Below, one piece after another: positions 62,000-64,000 of a stretch of DNA of 64,000 nucleotides (the first letter of the stretch is position 1; each line of letters opens with the position of its first letter). The notes under the pieces were generated by a model. The model was not told the DNA's origin. It was given only the letters and a program-made list of their open reading frames with translations, and ran no database searches. The translations under genes and the position numbers were made by a program. Origin of the DNA: Eledone cirrhosa (Eukaryota); assembly GCA_964016885.1 (NCBI GenBank), contig OZ024762.1, positions 20,832,001-20,896,000 of the forward strand, read 5' to 3'.

Positions 62000-63792
62000 A
62001 TCATCATCATTGTTTAACGTCCATTTTCCATGCTAGCCTGGGTTAGATGGGTTGTCCCATTTGAGGTGAGTCAAGTTAAATGACTGTCTTACTCATACAT
62101 AACTGTTTTTGGCTTGGTTTGGATGCACTTCCTAACACCAACCACATTTACTGTGTGAACTGGGTGCTTTTTGTTGTGACACCTACATGACCACTCACTT
62201 TACTGTGTGGATAGGGTGCTTCCTTTCATGATACCTATACAATCACTTTACAGTGTACACTAGGTGCTTTTTCTTGTGACATCTACACAACCACATTTCA
62301 GTGTGGACTGGATGCTTTTTGTTGTGACATCTACACGACCACATTACAGTGTGGACTGGATGCCTTTTGTCACAATACCAACACAACCACTTTACAGTAT
62401 AGACTGGGTGCCTTTTGTCACAATACCAACACAACCACTTTCCAGTATAGGCTGGGTGCTTTTTGTCGCGATACCAAGACGGCCACTTTACAGTATAGGC
62501 TGGGTGCTTTTTGTCACAATACCAAGACGGCCACTTTACAGTATAGGCTGGGTGCTTTTTGTCACAATACCAAGACGGCCACTTTACAGTATAGGCTGGG
62601 TGCTTTTTGTCACAATACCAAGACGGCCACTTTACAGTATAGGCTGGGTGCTTTTTGTCACAATACCAAGACGGCCACTTTACAGTATAGGCTGGGTGCT
62701 TTTTGTCGCGATACCAAGACGGCCACTTTACAGTATAGGCTGGATGCTTTTTGTCGCGATACCAAGACGGCCACTTCACAGTATAGGCTGGGTGCTTTTT
62801 GTCGCAATACCAACACGGCCACTTTACAGTATAGGCTGGGTGCTTTTTGTCGCGATACCAAGACAGCCACTTTACAGTATAGGCTGGATGCTTTTTGTCG
62901 CGATACCAAGACGGCCACTTCACAGTATAGGCTGGGTGCTTTTTGTCACAATACCAAGACGGCCACTTTACAGTATAGGCTGGATGCTTTTTGTCGCGAT
63001 ACCAAGACGGCCACTTCACAGTATAGGCTGGGTGCTTTTTGTCGCGATACCAAGACGGCCACTTCACAGTGTAGGCTGGGTGCTTTTTCTCGCAATACCA
63101 ACACGGCCACTTTACAGTATAGGCTGGGTGCTTTTTGTCACAATACCAAGACGGCCACTTTACAGTATAGGCTGGGTGCTTTTTGTCACAATACCAAGAC
63201 GGCCACTTTACAGTATAGGCTGGGTGCTTTTTGTCACAATACCAAGACGGCCACTTTACAGTATAGGCTGGGTGCTTTTTGTCACAATACCAAGACGGCC
63301 ACTTTACAGTATAGGCTGGGTGCTTTTTGTCGCGATACCAAGACGGCCACTTTACAGTATAGGCTGGATGCTTTTTGTCGCGATACCAAGACGGCCACTT
63401 CACAGTATAGGCTGGGTGCTTTTTGTCGCAATACCAACACGGCCACTTTACAGTATAGGCTGGGTGCTTTTTGTCGCGATACCAAGACAGCCACTTTACA
63501 GTATAGGCTGGATGCTTTTTGTCGCGATACCAAGACGGCCACTTCACAGTATAGGCTGGGTGCTTTTTGTCACAATACCAAGACGGCCACTTTACAGTAT
63601 AGGCTGGATGCTTTTTGTCGCGATACCAAGACGGCCACTTCACAGTATAGGCTGGGTGCTTTTTGTCGCGATACCAAGACGGCCACTTCACAGTGTAGGC
63701 TGGGTGCTTTTTCTCGCAATACCAACACGGCCACTTTACAGTATAGGCTGGGTGCTTTTTGTTGCAATACCAAGACGGCCACTTTACAGTAT
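62000..63792 (-). repeat. RTE 3' UTR with a 48-bp minisatellite (62150-63792, ~33 copies)
   Basis: (CAT)n tail and UTR at 62000-62150, then unit ccactttacagtataggctgggtgctttttgtcacaataccaagacgg. Confidence 0.95.
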
Positions 63793-64000
63793 ATAGAGAT
63801 ATACAAATCTAAATCTTTGCTACTTAGAATTCCATCAGATGAAAAAGAGTATTAGAATTGGTGTAGATTGATTCAGTTGTTCGTATATCTAGATTTTAAT
63901 TAAGGACTTTTTCCGAAATATATTTACAGCTAGTTGTTGCTTTGGTTTAATTGCTTATCTGAATAGTGTTTATTTTTTATTTTTGTATTTTTTTTTTATC

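Noticed and set aside
62243-63796. 482-aa and 510-aa ORFs
   Set aside because: They are translations of the 48-bp RTE-UTR minisatellite. The same holds for 33549-34431.

Overview
This is AT-rich, repeat-saturated eukaryotic DNA. The (TA/CA)n density, tRNA-derived CORE-type SINEs and RTE LINEs suggest a cephalopod such as Octopus (inference). No host protein-coding gene can be supported. Nearly all long ORFs in the track are artefacts of microsatellites or minisatellites. The real coding sequence is retroelement-derived: two adjacent 5'-truncated RTE LINE copies with uninterrupted RT frames and an embedded PHD finger (50.3-54.6 kb), plus decayed RTE, CR1-like and R4/Dong-like fragments. The window also holds two SINE families, TTAA-flanked piggyBac-type MITEs (two nested pairs), a hAT MITE, a non-autonomous Helitron and about ten minisatellite arrays, most of them grown inside TE sequence. 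The most striking signal is a small element carrying a complete type I minimal hammerhead ribozyme. It occurs once at 44.2 kb and as a 149-bp near-perfect palindrome at 49.3-49.6 kb with a ribozyme on each strand. Several other decayed hammerhead-like motifs sit in short islands next to (TA)n tracts, two of them in inverted-repeat form, consistent with Penelope-like element or retrozyme remnants.
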